Below, in pieces: positions 1 to 10,055 of a DNA stretch of 62,316 nt. The notes beneath the pieces are model-generated. The model was not told the DNA's origin and ran no database searches. It worked only from the letters and a program-made list of their open reading frames with translations. The stretch covers positions 62,001-124,316 of the forward strand of contig JALAGF010004023.1 in assembly GCA_030167865.1 (NCBI GenBank), in the 5' to 3' direction. A program made the translations under genes and the position numbers. Source of the stretch: Craspedostauros australis (Eukaryota). The first letter of the stretch is position 1, and every line of letters starts with the position of its first letter.

Positions 1-351
1 GAAGGACTCCTCCGTCCCATCATCGACGCTCGGCTTGCCCTTGCCCATGGGCGAGCTGTAATGACGCATGCTGTGCTCGGCTTCAAGACGGTGCTGGCGT
101 TCCTCCTCTTTCATGGCGGCGAGCTTGGCATCTTCCTCCGACAACCCATCCGCTCGGTACGTGCGCATGTGCTGCTCCGCCTCCAGCTTCTTTATCCGGT
201 CCTGCTCCTTCTGGGCGGCGAGCTTGGAGGCTGCTTCGTCCGCCGCGCTGACGCCGCTGAAGTTGCGCAACGCGGCCGCTGCTTCATTCTTGCGTTTGCG
301 TTCTTCGTCCTTCTGCGCCTTCTGCTGCGCTTGCCATGCTTCGATGTTCAT
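1..351 (-). CDS. 5' part of an unknown charged, helical repeat protein (runs off the window; absent from ORF track)
   Basis: ATG at 351 after a CA-rich leader; frame open for 117 codons to base 1: MNIEAWQAQQKAQKDEERKRKNEAAAALRNFSGVSAADEAASKLAAQKEQDRIKKLEAEQHMRTYRADGLSEEDAKLAAMKEEERQHRLEAEHSMRHYSSPMGKGK...; GC3-rich codons; internal repeat. Confidence 0.8.
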   Translation of the reverse strand, partial: MNIEAWQAQQKAQKDEERKRKNEAAAALRNFSGVSAADEAASKLAAQKEQDRIKKLEAEQHMRTYRADGLSEEDAKLAAMKEEERQHRLEAEHSMRHYSSPMGKGKPSVDDGTEESF

Positions 352-1112
352 GTTGATGTTGTTGGTAGTGATTGCTGTCCTGCGGTCCAAAACCCTCTGA
401 TTGAGTAGAGTATGGTGCGTGTGGTGCGTATGGCGCTGACTGTGGCTCGTTGAGAAAGTCGTCGACAGATGTCACAAAGCCACCAAGACGGCTCTGCTCT
501 GCTCTGCTCGATTCGGCTATTCTCGACGTTGCTATGTGTCCTGAGATTGGAACGGACTGATGCTTGTTGCAAGTTGAATGCGTCCCTTCTTCTTCTGCTC
601 TCTCCTTCTCCTTCTCCTTGTTGGTTTGTGAACAATGACGATGGAGCAGGTTGAGAAACATGGTGCGAGTTGGCGCAATGGCGCAAAAACGTAGCATTCT
701 TCTTCATGAACGGTCTTTGTTGTGTCACGCAAATCCAACGCTTGAAGTTCCAGTCCCATTTCATTCGTGTATGAAACCACAACATCGTCCTCCGGTCCCG
801 CTTTCGGAAGCGGCTCCATGTCACGAGTAGTCGTAGTTGTCCGTCTGGAACTAGGCACCATTTAATAGCTCGTGCTAACGTCCTTTCCGTAGTCGCAGAC
901 AGGAGCATGTCCACATGTTATAAATACATAACTCGTCCTCGCACAGGATTAGACTACGAGGAGGAAGACGCAGTTACCATCAGGAATTCTCCCACTTGGC
1001 TCTCTTTAGTGTACCAGTATGATGACATGTATTTATATGTTTTTCTAACGCAGTGACGATGTAGTAGAGCAGAGCGGAATGTGTTGGCCGCGAGCGCTGC
1101 CTGCCTGCGTGC

Positions 1113-3896
1113 CTACGCATCCATGACCTTGTCGTCGTCTCCATCTTCCTTGTCACCCCCATCCTCGCTGGTGCGGTCCTTGCCATTGGTGGTAACCACG
1201 TCCTTGGTCTGTTCATCCTCGGTCTCCTCCCTCATGTTTGGCATATCGGTGATCGCGCCCTGACTGTGGCGATGCCCATCTCCGTGATGGTCGCAGTGCT
1301 CCTCCTCGTTGCTGTCTGGGATTCGAATCTCGCCGGGATGTTCCACCTGGTTGCAAGCCAGAACGTGCTCCAGCTGCTCCTCGAGTCTCTCGACCCAGTG
1401 CTCGGCCTCCGAATCCTTCAAAAGACCAATGTGCAAGATCTTGCCAACGTACATGATTCCAGAGTTGAGCAAGATCATGCAGAGCTTGTGAGATGAGATC
1501 AGCTCGACCTCACGCGGGTCGCATTCTTTCAGGATCTCTGCGGCCTTAGCCATCTGAGTGCTGCTTTCCTCCAGGACGACCTTGCCCGCCTCGGAGAATT
1601 CCGTTTGGCTGTTGCCGAACTCCTTCAGGAAGTACTTCTGCGCAAACTTATGCGCTGCCATGAAGGCCAAAGAGCGTTCGATCTTGAGCCTCTTCGCGCC
1701 AGTCTTGGCGTCGGCGGCCACACGCTTCGTCTTGTGCGACTTGCCGAGGCAACCCAGCAAGAAATCGCTATTTGCGAAGCGTGACACCAGCTTGGTGTAC
1801 GGATCATCGATGATGATGACGTGCTCCCAGTCGTTGATGGGAAGGCCCTTGTCCACTTCGTCCGCGGCGAAATCCAGACTCTGTTCGAACATGACGGCAA
1901 GGAACTTGCGATCCTCCAGCTCACCATCTCGGATTTGGGTCGCGTAAGCAGCGCGCAGGATGGAGATGAAGAGGACGCGAAGCTCTTTGGCTGACAGCGG
2001 CTCGCCTGTCATCATGAAATGCAAGGTGCTGGAATTCCTTCGTCGGTTGCGATTGCGCCTGCGCAAGTCTCGTTCGACGCGTCGGGCGCGCGAGACAGCG
2101 GCTTGTGCTGGGTCGTTCGTGTTGGCCATGATCTGTGAATGCCTTGTGGTGGATTGCTCCACTTCGGTCTCCTCGAGGTACGGCAGGATGTGCACCAGGT
2201 TGGGGGCTTCGTATTCTTCCGGGAGCGTGCGATCGCTGTGGCGCTGCACGGCTTCCATCAGCTCCGTCCTTGTGAGATTGGCGAGGCATGGAACGTGATG
2301 CTTGACGACGGCAAAGCTCACCTGTCGGAATCGCGGATACGTCAGCAGCTCCATGAACTGATCGATGAGATGCGCGCGGAAGTTGACATGGTACGCTTTG
2401 ATGATGCGTTCCCGCGTCTCGGTGGAATCCGCCAGACCCAACCAACGCAGGAACGGACCTGCGGTCGTGCCGTTGATGCAGAGTGTGAGGAACGCGATCC
2501 CGCCGACGAAACCAAACAGCTGCGTCGTCTGCTCTTCGAACTTGAGGCCTGCTCCTTCCTCGCCGGGAACGCGTCCGGATGCCAAGATGACTTCGTTGTC
2601 CAATGAGATGGCCAGCGCGATGCCAACGGCACCTCGCAGGCCACCGTATATCTGGAACATGGTCTCCTCCTTGTTGGTCTTGAGGCCGATGCTTGCTGTC
2701 AGTGGATAGGCGAGGGTGAAGAGGAGTCCTCGGATGACGTGCAACAGCACGTAGAGCAGGAGAAGGTATCCCCACTCCCTGGCCCGGAAGGAACCTTCCT
2801 TCTCACCGTCCGCAATGACGACACCCCACACAGTACCTCCCAACGTGAAGAGCACGGTGTTGAGGATGTGCTCGATCATGGCGCTGAAATCATCCAGCAA
2901 CTTGATGTCGTTAATGAGACCTGATCCGAAGTAGTTGACCAAGAGACCGGTCGTGACAGTGGAGATGACACCGCTGGTCTCGAAGACGGCCTCGGCAGTG
3001 TAGTATCCCACATAGGCAATTCCTAAGACCGCCATGGACTCCACCACATTTTCCTCTCTGTTGAAGCGTCGTTCCAGGCAGTACATGATGGTGAGAAGTC
3101 CGATCGCGAAGAAGATGCCAATGGCGACACCCCCCAACGACTTGCGAAAGAACTGGGCGATGCCCGTTCCAAGATCGACGTCTTCCCCAACGCCGGGGAC
3201 GTCGAGCTCGTTGAGGAATCGTTCGGCGAAGATGGAGAAGAACACGATGGCGGCACCATCGTTAAGCAACGACTCGCCGGCGACATGAACCTTGAGACGC
3301 GGCGGGGCACCGACCTGCTCGAGCAGGGCAGCCACGGCCACCGGGTCTGTGGCGCTGAGGATGCTGCCGAAGGTCATGCTGAGGTTGAAGGACCAGTCGT
3401 ACGGGAAGATGTAGTAGGATATGAGAGCCGTGAGGGTGGTCCCGGCAAGCACCATGGGGAACGCAAAGACGAACAGCTGCGTCAGAGCGATGCGGAAGAG
3501 ATGCGCGCTCTGGCCCATGGCGTCCTTGAAGATGAGGCCCGGCAGGAAGACCAGGAGCAGGACTTCGCTGTCGATGGAGTTCCAAAGCTCGATGCTTTCG
3601 TTCAGCTGGTTCTCTTCGTCATTTAGCACGGCCCCGATGCCCATGAGCGTCCCGATGAGGAACATGACGGCAGTGTAGGGCAAGACGCTGGCATATCGGG
3701 TGAGAACGTAGAAGGTCATCACCCCGATGGTCAGCGTGAATGCTGGGAACAGCACAGCGTGGGCTGGTGGAATTTCATGCTCTTCCTCCCCTCCTTCCTC
3801 GCCTCCTCCTTCTCCTTCGCCGCCACTGGCTTCGGTCAACGTTGCGGATGCCAGCAACACGAAGAGAGTGCATGCCCACGCCAGCATGGTGTTCAT
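1113..3896 (-). CDS. CPA1-family Na+/H+ antiporter, SOS1/NHX7-like
   Basis: Intronless ORF with about 12 hydrophobic segments; CPA1 motifs FLPGLIF, FGSILSATDPVAV, GESLLNDG, GGLRGAVGIALA; long C-terminal tail. Start placed at ATG 3896 (signal-peptide-like MNTMLAWACTLFVLLASATLTEA); an in-frame ATG also exists at 4079. Confidence 0.92.
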   Translation of the reverse strand: MNTMLAWACTLFVLLASATLTEASGGEGEGGGEEGGEEEHEIPPAHAVLFPAFTLTIGVMTFYVLTRYASVLPYTAVMFLIGTLMGIGAVLNDEENQLNESIELWNSIDSEVLLLVFLPGLIFKDAMGQSAHLFRIALTQLFVFAFPMVLAGTTLTALISYYIFPYDWSFNLSMTFGSILSATDPVAVAALLEQVGAPPRLKVHVAGESLLNDGAAIVFFSIFAERFLNELDVPGVGEDVDLGTGIAQFFRKSLGGVAIGIFFAIGLLTIMYCLERRFNREENVVESMAVLGIAYVGYYTAEAVFETSGVISTVTTGLLVNYFGSGLINDIKLLDDFSAMIEHILNTVLFTLGGTVWGVVIADGEKEGSFRAREWGYLLLLYVLLHVIRGLLFTLAYPLTASIGLKTNKEETMFQIYGGLRGAVGIALAISLDNEVILASGRVPGEEGAGLKFEEQTTQLFGFVGGIAFLTLCINGTTAGPFLRWLGLADSTETRERIIKAYHVNFRAHLIDQFMELLTYPRFRQVSFAVVKHHVPCLANLTRTELMEAVQRHSDRTLPEEYEAPNLVHILPYLEETEVEQSTTRHSQIMANTNDPAQAAVSRARRVERDLRRRNRNRRRNSSTLHFMMTGEPLSAKELRVLFISILRAAYATQIRDGELEDRKFLAVMFEQSLDFAADEVDKGLPINDWEHVIIIDDPYTKLVSRFANSDFLLGCLGKSHKTKRVAADAKTGAKRLKIERSLAFMAAHKFAQKYFLKEFGNSQTEFSEAGKVVLEESSTQMAKAAEILKECDPREVELISSHKLCMILLNSGIMYVGKILHIGLLKDSEAEHWVERLEEQLEHVLACNQVEHPGEIRIPDSNEEEHCDHHGDGHRHSQGAITDMPNMREETEDEQTKDVVTTNGKDRTSEDGGDKEDGDDDKVMDA

Positions 3897-5089
3897 CTTG
3901 GGCGATCGAGTTGTGGGTGGTGATGTCACCATTGTGGACGATGATGACATCACCGCCGAAGCTGGTGGCAGTCGGCATTCGTATCGATCTGTGACATCGT
4001 TGGCTTGGTCAAGATCGGGGCCATCATCAGCGGAACGCCCCATCCCATGGTGCACCGTCGCGACATCCATCGTTACCATTGTTCTTGCTTTCGTTCAGTC
4101 GTTCTTCCTTGGACTGGTTGTTGTTTCGTGAGCACTTGGCGTGTGTGTTGCAACGACCGTGAGATTATGGATGCTCGGTCGTATTGATGAGATCTTCCCG
4201 CTTTTATGACAGTGCTGCCTTGTTGATGAGTGTGGCAAAAGACGCAGCCTCTGACAGCAATCAAACAAGAAGGTTGTGGATCAATGAAAGGGAAGTGCCT
4301 CTCTCGGCGATGCGGGGAACTTGTGCCCGTTTCTCTCGTATCTGCCGCCAGCTGTTCTTGCTGTGCTTCGCTGTGATCCGTAATGTGGGGTGACGTGATG
4401 CTCGTCGTCCTTCTGTTCACCAGCTTTCCCGCTTGACCTCTCTCTGTCTGTCGATGCATGTGGTTACGAAGAACCGGGACGAGGCCTCCTCCCTTGCGTT
4501 GTGCGCCTTCGCTTGTGGGCCAGGGGGCCCGAGTTCGTGATGTTCCCACAAGAGTTTGTTTGCTTGGGCTGTACGCGATCTTGTGCCGAAGAAGAAAACA
4601 GAATAGTGTGGACACAAGAGAGCACGATTCTGCGTTCGCAGAAGGACACGTACCACAGGCGGAGTATCCGTATTCTGCCCGAGCCGCGTTGGTTGGAAGA
4701 ACATGAAACCGCTTCATTGGCGCGAGGTACGATGCTTGTGACTCTTGCAGAGCATGTAGGACATGGGATGGCAACGACGTGACTGGCCGCAATGGTGCCG
4801 CCATGACAAAGCTCTGGGCGATTCCAAATAGCAGCAGTGGGATGTTAAGGTTGGTCGGGAACGAAGAATGGCAAAGTACGAGAGCCAATGTATACAACAA
4901 TGAAGAGCTTTCCGAGAGGTAACGATTCCGCTATGCTTTACCGCGAAGGCCTCTGTCGCGATGCATCTTGCTTTTCGACAGGCTGTAACGATCATCAAAC
5001 GTCCCGGCTGTGATAGATCCACGGGATATTTGAAGAATTGTGCCAAGCAAAAGTAGAGCAGAATCAATTTGTTTGATGTTTTCTTTTGT

Positions 5090-5530
5090 TTAGGCTGTGA
5101 GCAGACAGGCTCCTCCGGCGGCCAGGATCTTCTGTTCGGCCAGTTTTGAGAAGTACTTTGCCTTGACGATGATAGGGACGGTGATCTGTCCACCTCCAAG
5201 GAGCTTGAAGTATCCGTGCTGCACGAGATCGATGACTGGCGCCTTTCCGCCTCCGTTCTTGGCGGCCTCGTAAACGCCCTCTCCGGCAATATTGAAAATC
5301 TTGTCGATGTTGCATGTTGGTGTGTGCTTGCGGTTCTTCAGCAAGTGGAAGTGGCGCATACCGACCTTACCGAAGTAACCCGGGTGATACTTATCCATGA
5401 GTGTTCTGTGGTGGTGCTGTCCTCCAGCGTTACCACGACCACCGGGATGCTTACGGTGCTTTCCGATACGTCCGTGACCGCACGAAACGTGTCCGCGCTT
5501 TTTGCGGGCCTTGTGTAGTCGGGTCGGCAT
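5090..5530 (-). CDS. RPL27A: 60S ribosomal protein L27a (uL15)
   Basis: [42 protein letters not shown]...[12 protein letters not shown]; 146 aa, intronless. Confidence 0.98.
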   Translation of the reverse strand: MPTRLHKARKKRGHVSCGHGRIGKHRKHPGGRGNAGGQHHHRTLMDKYHPGYFGKVGMRHFHLLKNRKHTPTCNIDKIFNIAGEGVYEAAKNGGGKAPVIDLVQHGYFKLLGGGQITVPIIVKAKYFSKLAEQKILAAGGACLLTA

Positions 5531-6474
5531 GTTGAGATGTGGTGGGTGGGGTCGTTATTAGGGGTGATGTCTGTGGGGAGAGCCTCGTGCAAAGTGTCGC
5601 ATGTTGGGGTGATTGTGCAAGAACAAAAGAGAGGGAGAGTGGAAACAGGGAAATTGAATTGTCCTTTTGAGTTGATCGTTCTGCGTCTGGTCTTGCTTAA
5701 AGTACGGCAATCAATCATCCGCTGTATTTGCGCATGCCACGTCCATCATGGTCGGCGTTTGTTGCGCATTCACCCATGTTGCGTGGTGCTCCCATCACGC
5801 CATTGTCTCAATTGCGATGGAGCTCCAGCACAACATCAACGCCTCCCACGGAAACGCTTCCTGAAATCGTCCTAATCTTCACCAACCGCATCGAGCGCAG
5901 CGCAGCGGAGCAGAACCCCATCGACCACCGACCTCTTCACGGTGCACAGTGCTGCGTCAACCTGTCAATGCTGTTGAAAAGTCGCCGTTCTCGACTTGGC
6001 CATGGCTCACCTCACTTCCTCAACGTTGATGTCAACGATGGTGTTGATGCATCGTTGGCTGCTCGTCTTCCCCAAGCCGCCGCCTCATCTCGAGACACCA
6101 CAACAACAGAAACAGCAACAGCGACAACCGTGGCAAAAAGAAACAACAGCGTGCAAAACCACGACGGCAAGTAATCAGGTAAGCCTCGGCGTACGAAGCA
6201 CGGACCGAACAAACTAACGCAATTCGATCGAATGGGTCCATTGTCGACATTTCTTGATTTATGACTCAATCGACCAATCAACAGAAAAATGAGAACCTCT
6301 TCTCACACCAACCAGCGTGGAACAACACGAAACTAAACAGCGTGGAACGGCACGCCAACACTCCTTCCGAAGATCTCTTGTGGCACACACCACACACATT
6401 GCTGTCATTCCTGTTCAGCGTGGGCACTCGGATGTTGTCGAGGATAAGATCAATCAGGTTCTGCCAATACCATC

Positions 6475-8307
6475 ATGCCGAAGAAAGCCAAGGGAAACGG
6501 AAAGGGAAAGTCCAAGACGAAGACCAAGTCAGGCAGAAAGCGTTCGTTGGCTTCGAGTGGTGCTACAACACCAACGTTCCTGTCCAATATCGCAGGATAC
6601 GGAGATGATGCAGGAGGCATCGATGACTCGCTGGAAAGCTGCATGGCGCAGCTCCAACAGCAGCAGCAGGACCAGCCACACCGTGATATCACCCCCTCAA
6701 AGGATGACGAACGCAAACGCCGCAAATCGAAGACAACAACGACAGACACGGGGACGGAGTCAGAGACACTGGCGATGACATCAAAACTGAACGATGATGA
6801 TACCGCAAGGGCACCCACGATCCTCATGAACGAACGAGTGGATGTGGACAGGATCGATTCCTGGAATCATCTGTTTCATGATTGGGCCGCACACGCTCGC
6901 TATTCGCCCGGTCTGCTACCGTCCATCGATGAAGACTTGCAACGGCATTTCAAGGTGCAGGATTTGTCCAAATTCCTGCTGCAATCCGGCGGCAGCAAGC
7001 AAGTGCGAATGCCGGTCTTCGAGCGCTGGCTGATCGATTCCAAATTCGAAGAGCGGCATCAATGGCAGCCGCATCTGGACCATGACGACAACCATCCAAC
7101 GCGCAGCACCAGCCGGTACAGGCACAGGAGAAAGAAAGCGAAGAAGACAAGCGCTCCGGTCAATCACGATCCCATCCTCCCAACTGATCCCAATGTCGGT
7201 TCCAACGCATCGCAACGACTCATTGACGAACTCGAGCATTTGGAGATGGATGCGGAGCAGTCCGAAAAGATCGTGCGGGAGCTCTGCCGACGCACGTTCA
7301 TTGCTTGTCAGGAAATGATTTCGCAACGCGATCATTGGAACACGCAACCACCGCTGAAGAAGGGCGATCGGATCGAGCTGGAGGAGCAGAAGGATGCCCT
7401 GTGGACCATCCTGCTGCATCGGAAGAAATGGAAGAAACCGCTCGTGATCAAACTGAATAAGGAGCATTACGCAAAGTTGAAGAGTCGGTTCCTTGAACTC
7501 CATGTAGACAAAGCTTCCTCGTCCTCAATAAGTCTATCGGGGACTTCCAAAGTCTCGAAGCGCATGGAGATTGGATTCCATGTGCTGCTGATCACAATGT
7601 TGCTGCGGTACTCCTCATTATCCGGCGGACAGCTGCTCCAGGACTTGCGCGGTGGAGGCATGCAGGGTGCGATTCACGAGGAAGTCTTCCAGGCGCTGCA
7701 GCGCCACTTTCCGCAGCAGAATGGAATGGAAGGCTTTGCATCGCCCTTCAACGTCTGCATGCCACTTTTCGCCTCTGCCTTCCCCGACATCGAGTGGCAT
7801 TTCGGATCTGCCGGATCTTTCTTTGATTGCAAATTCCGCGAGGGGTACTGCGAAGTAAATCCGCCATTCTCGCCGGCCTTGATGGATGGGATGGTGAAGC
7901 ACATTGAAAAGCAGCTGGAGGTCGCAGCGAAGCACAACCGCATCCTCAGTTTCATCGTCGTGGTGCCGAGCGCGGACACGTCGGGCTCCACCAACGACGA
8001 TGGCAATCATCTTATTGCCAGCGCCAAGGTGGCTGCGGCATCGTCCTTCTCCAAGATGCTATCGTCCAGCTTCTTTCAACAGCACATAAAGCTCAAGGCC
8101 AAGGATCACGGGTACATCGAGGCTTCGCAGCATCTGCGCCCCACAAAGTACAAACAGAGCATGTACGACACCAGTGTCATTGTGTTGCAAAGCGAGGCGG
8201 CCGCACAAGCTGCGGTCGACGCAGCAACATTCTGCAAAGACATCCAACAGGCGTTCCAGAGTCGGCATGAAGCGGAAATTGAGCAACGCAGAAAGGCGGA
8301 GGAATGA
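6475..8307 (+). CDS. PCIF1: PCIF1/CAPAM-like cap-specific adenosine N6-methyltransferase
   Basis: 610-aa ORF; C-terminal domain motifs LLRY, GMQGAI, EGFASPFN, FASAFPDIEWHFGSAGSFF, catalytic EVNPPF, LSFIVVVP, HGYIEASQH; basic NLS-like N-terminus. Confidence 0.85.
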   Translation: MPKKAKGNGKGKSKTKTKSGRKRSLASSGATTPTFLSNIAGYGDDAGGIDDSLESCMAQLQQQQQDQPHRDITPSKDDERKRRKSKTTTTDTGTESETLAMTSKLNDDDTARAPTILMNERVDVDRIDSWNHLFHDWAAHARYSPGLLPSIDEDLQRHFKVQDLSKFLLQSGGSKQVRMPVFERWLIDSKFEERHQWQPHLDHDDNHPTRSTSRYRHRRKKAKKTSAPVNHDPILPTDPNVGSNASQRLIDELEHLEMDAEQSEKIVRELCRRTFIACQEMISQRDHWNTQPPLKKGDRIELEEQKDALWTILLHRKKWKKPLVIKLNKEHYAKLKSRFLELHVDKASSSSISLSGTSKVSKRMEIGFHVLLITMLLRYSSLSGGQLLQDLRGGGMQGAIHEEVFQALQRHFPQQNGMEGFASPFNVCMPLFASAFPDIEWHFGSAGSFFDCKFREGYCEVNPPFSPALMDGMVKHIEKQLEVAAKHNRILSFIVVVPSADTSGSTNDDGNHLIASAKVAAASSFSKMLSSSFFQQHIKLKAKDHGYIEASQHLRPTKYKQSMYDTSVIVLQSEAAAQAAVDAATFCKDIQQAFQSRHEAEIEQRRKAEE

Positions 8308-8456
8308 ACGACTGTATGTTGATCGATTCAAAATGCAATGTATTATATAACGCTGATGAAGTGTTAATTGAATGGAGTTTCCCAATGTGGATTCAGTAGC
8401 TTCGTGCATGGCATGGCATGTGTATGGATATGGACATACCCGTAGCACCGAGTGAG

Positions 8457-10055
8457 CTACAACGAGGAGATGCCCACGAGCTTCTCGCTGATCTCCCATA
8501 GCTGCTTGCCCTTGGCATCATCCTGCGCCTCCTTGCTCACGGGCGATACCGTAAACTGGTTGCCGAATGCATCATCGCCGTATTTGCTGGAACCTGGCGG
8601 GCTGAGGTAGTATGAGCCCTTGGTGTCTTGCGAGGCAACGTACGCCAGACTCGCGCCACCCCACTCCGGTGTCTCTGCGACGCGGGCAACCTTTGATGCG
8701 ATGATGTCAAAGAGCTGTTGCGTTGAGAGAGGAGAGCAATATTGTGGAGTACAAGTGTAGTAGAGAACAATAGAGCAGAGTTAGATGGTGATCGGAAAGA
8801 TTGTTCGAAACATTGTGCCTCAAACGACGCTCAATGTTCTGTCCTCCCATACTCGTATGAAAGTGCTGGTGGAAGGGCAGAATCGGAAAGAACGTGGCAG
8901 TGTGCATGGCAATGCATTTCAGTTGTCATGACATACCGTAGCAAAGATGGGATTCTGGTTGCGGAACAGCCCAGTGCTGGTGATGAGGCCCGGGCTGAAG
9001 CAGTTGGTCACGATGCCCTTGGTGGCGTCGTTGGCGTCCAACCGGCGTTGCAGTTCCCGCGTGAAGAAGACGTTGCACAGCTTGGAATCCTTGTAGGCCT
9101 TGTCGGCGTTGTATGGTTCGCCATCGACCATCTCAAAGTCCCTGCCGTCGCGGATGAGGCCCTCGAGGTTGCCGAGGGTCGCGGCCTTGCCTTGTCCGCC
9201 GCCGGGACTTTCTGGATCGTGCACGCCGGATGCGGTCACGACGATCTTGCCGTTGGGTTGGATCTTAGGCAGGAGGAGGGCATTGAGGTAGAAGTGGCCG
9301 AAGTGGTTGGTGCCTACGGTCTGCTCGAATCCATCCTTGGTGCGCTGGATCTCCGTGTCGCCAGTATTGAGCGCCACGCCTGCGTTCAAGCACAGGGTGT
9401 CGATCTTGATGTCGGCGGGGAGGCTGCTGGCGAAGGACTTGATGGAACTGAGATCGGAGAGGTCGCATTCGCCAGGGATGAGCAGCCCGTCCGTGTCGTC
9501 AGGAAGGGATCTGACTTCTTTCTTGATCGTCGCGATGGCGCCTTTGGCCTTGTCGAGGCTGCGGCATGCCAGGATGATGCGATGGCCCTGCCTTGCGAAG
9601 ATCTTGCAGGCCTCCAGTCCGATTCCGGAATTGGCGCCGGTGACGAGGATGGTCTTCTGATCTTGGATGTCGATGGCCGGCTCCGCGAGAGCGGGCTGCA
9701 AGCCGAGGAGCATGGATGCCAAAGTGGCACTTGTGCGTCGGATGAAGCTGCGTCGGTTGGTGGTGAGAGCGGCATCCGAGATGGATCCAGACAGATCGAA
9801 GTCCTCGTCTGTGCCGTGCGGTGAGGCTTGGAACATCATGTCGTTGTGGCCGCGGATGGTGCCGTCGATGTTGGGGTTGATGAGATGAAGCATGTTGGCT
9901 GTGGGGTTTGTTGGGTTCGTTGGGTTTGTGAGAGTGTGGTGAAGATGATGGTGTGAATGCTGAGGAGCGAGGAAGGCGGTGCAGTATTGCTTTCCGAGAA
10001 GGAGGAAAGACAGAGTTGCTTGGAAGAGGAGTAGATGATTCATTTTATGAGCCAT
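8457..10055 (-). CDS. Plastid-targeted short-chain dehydrogenase/reductase, protochlorophyllide-reductase (POR)-like; 2 exons
   Basis: Exons 10055-8937 and 8714-8457; intron 8936-8715 (GTATGT...CAG, phase 0). Motifs TGANSGIG, LACR, LNAG, TVGTNHFGHF, AYKDSKLCN, TGLFR; exon 2 gives VSKEAQDDAKGKQLWEISEKLVG. Signal peptide ending CTA-FLAP. Confidence 0.88.

Noticed and set aside
348..914. Overlapping minus-strand ORFs 348-914 and 532-861
   Set aside because: No motifs or clear coding bias; position fits the promoter/leader of the gene starting at 351.
4073..4900. 275-aa minus ORF between RPL27A and the antiporter
   Set aside because: Non-ATG start, intergenic-like composition and no domain; fits 3' UTR plus promoter.
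8742..9824. 360-aa plus-strand ORF, and similar long antisense ORFs (13045-13899, 23357-24385, 34769-35476)
   Set aside because: They lie opposite well-supported genes and are shadow frames expected from GC3-rich codon usage; no recognisable motifs.
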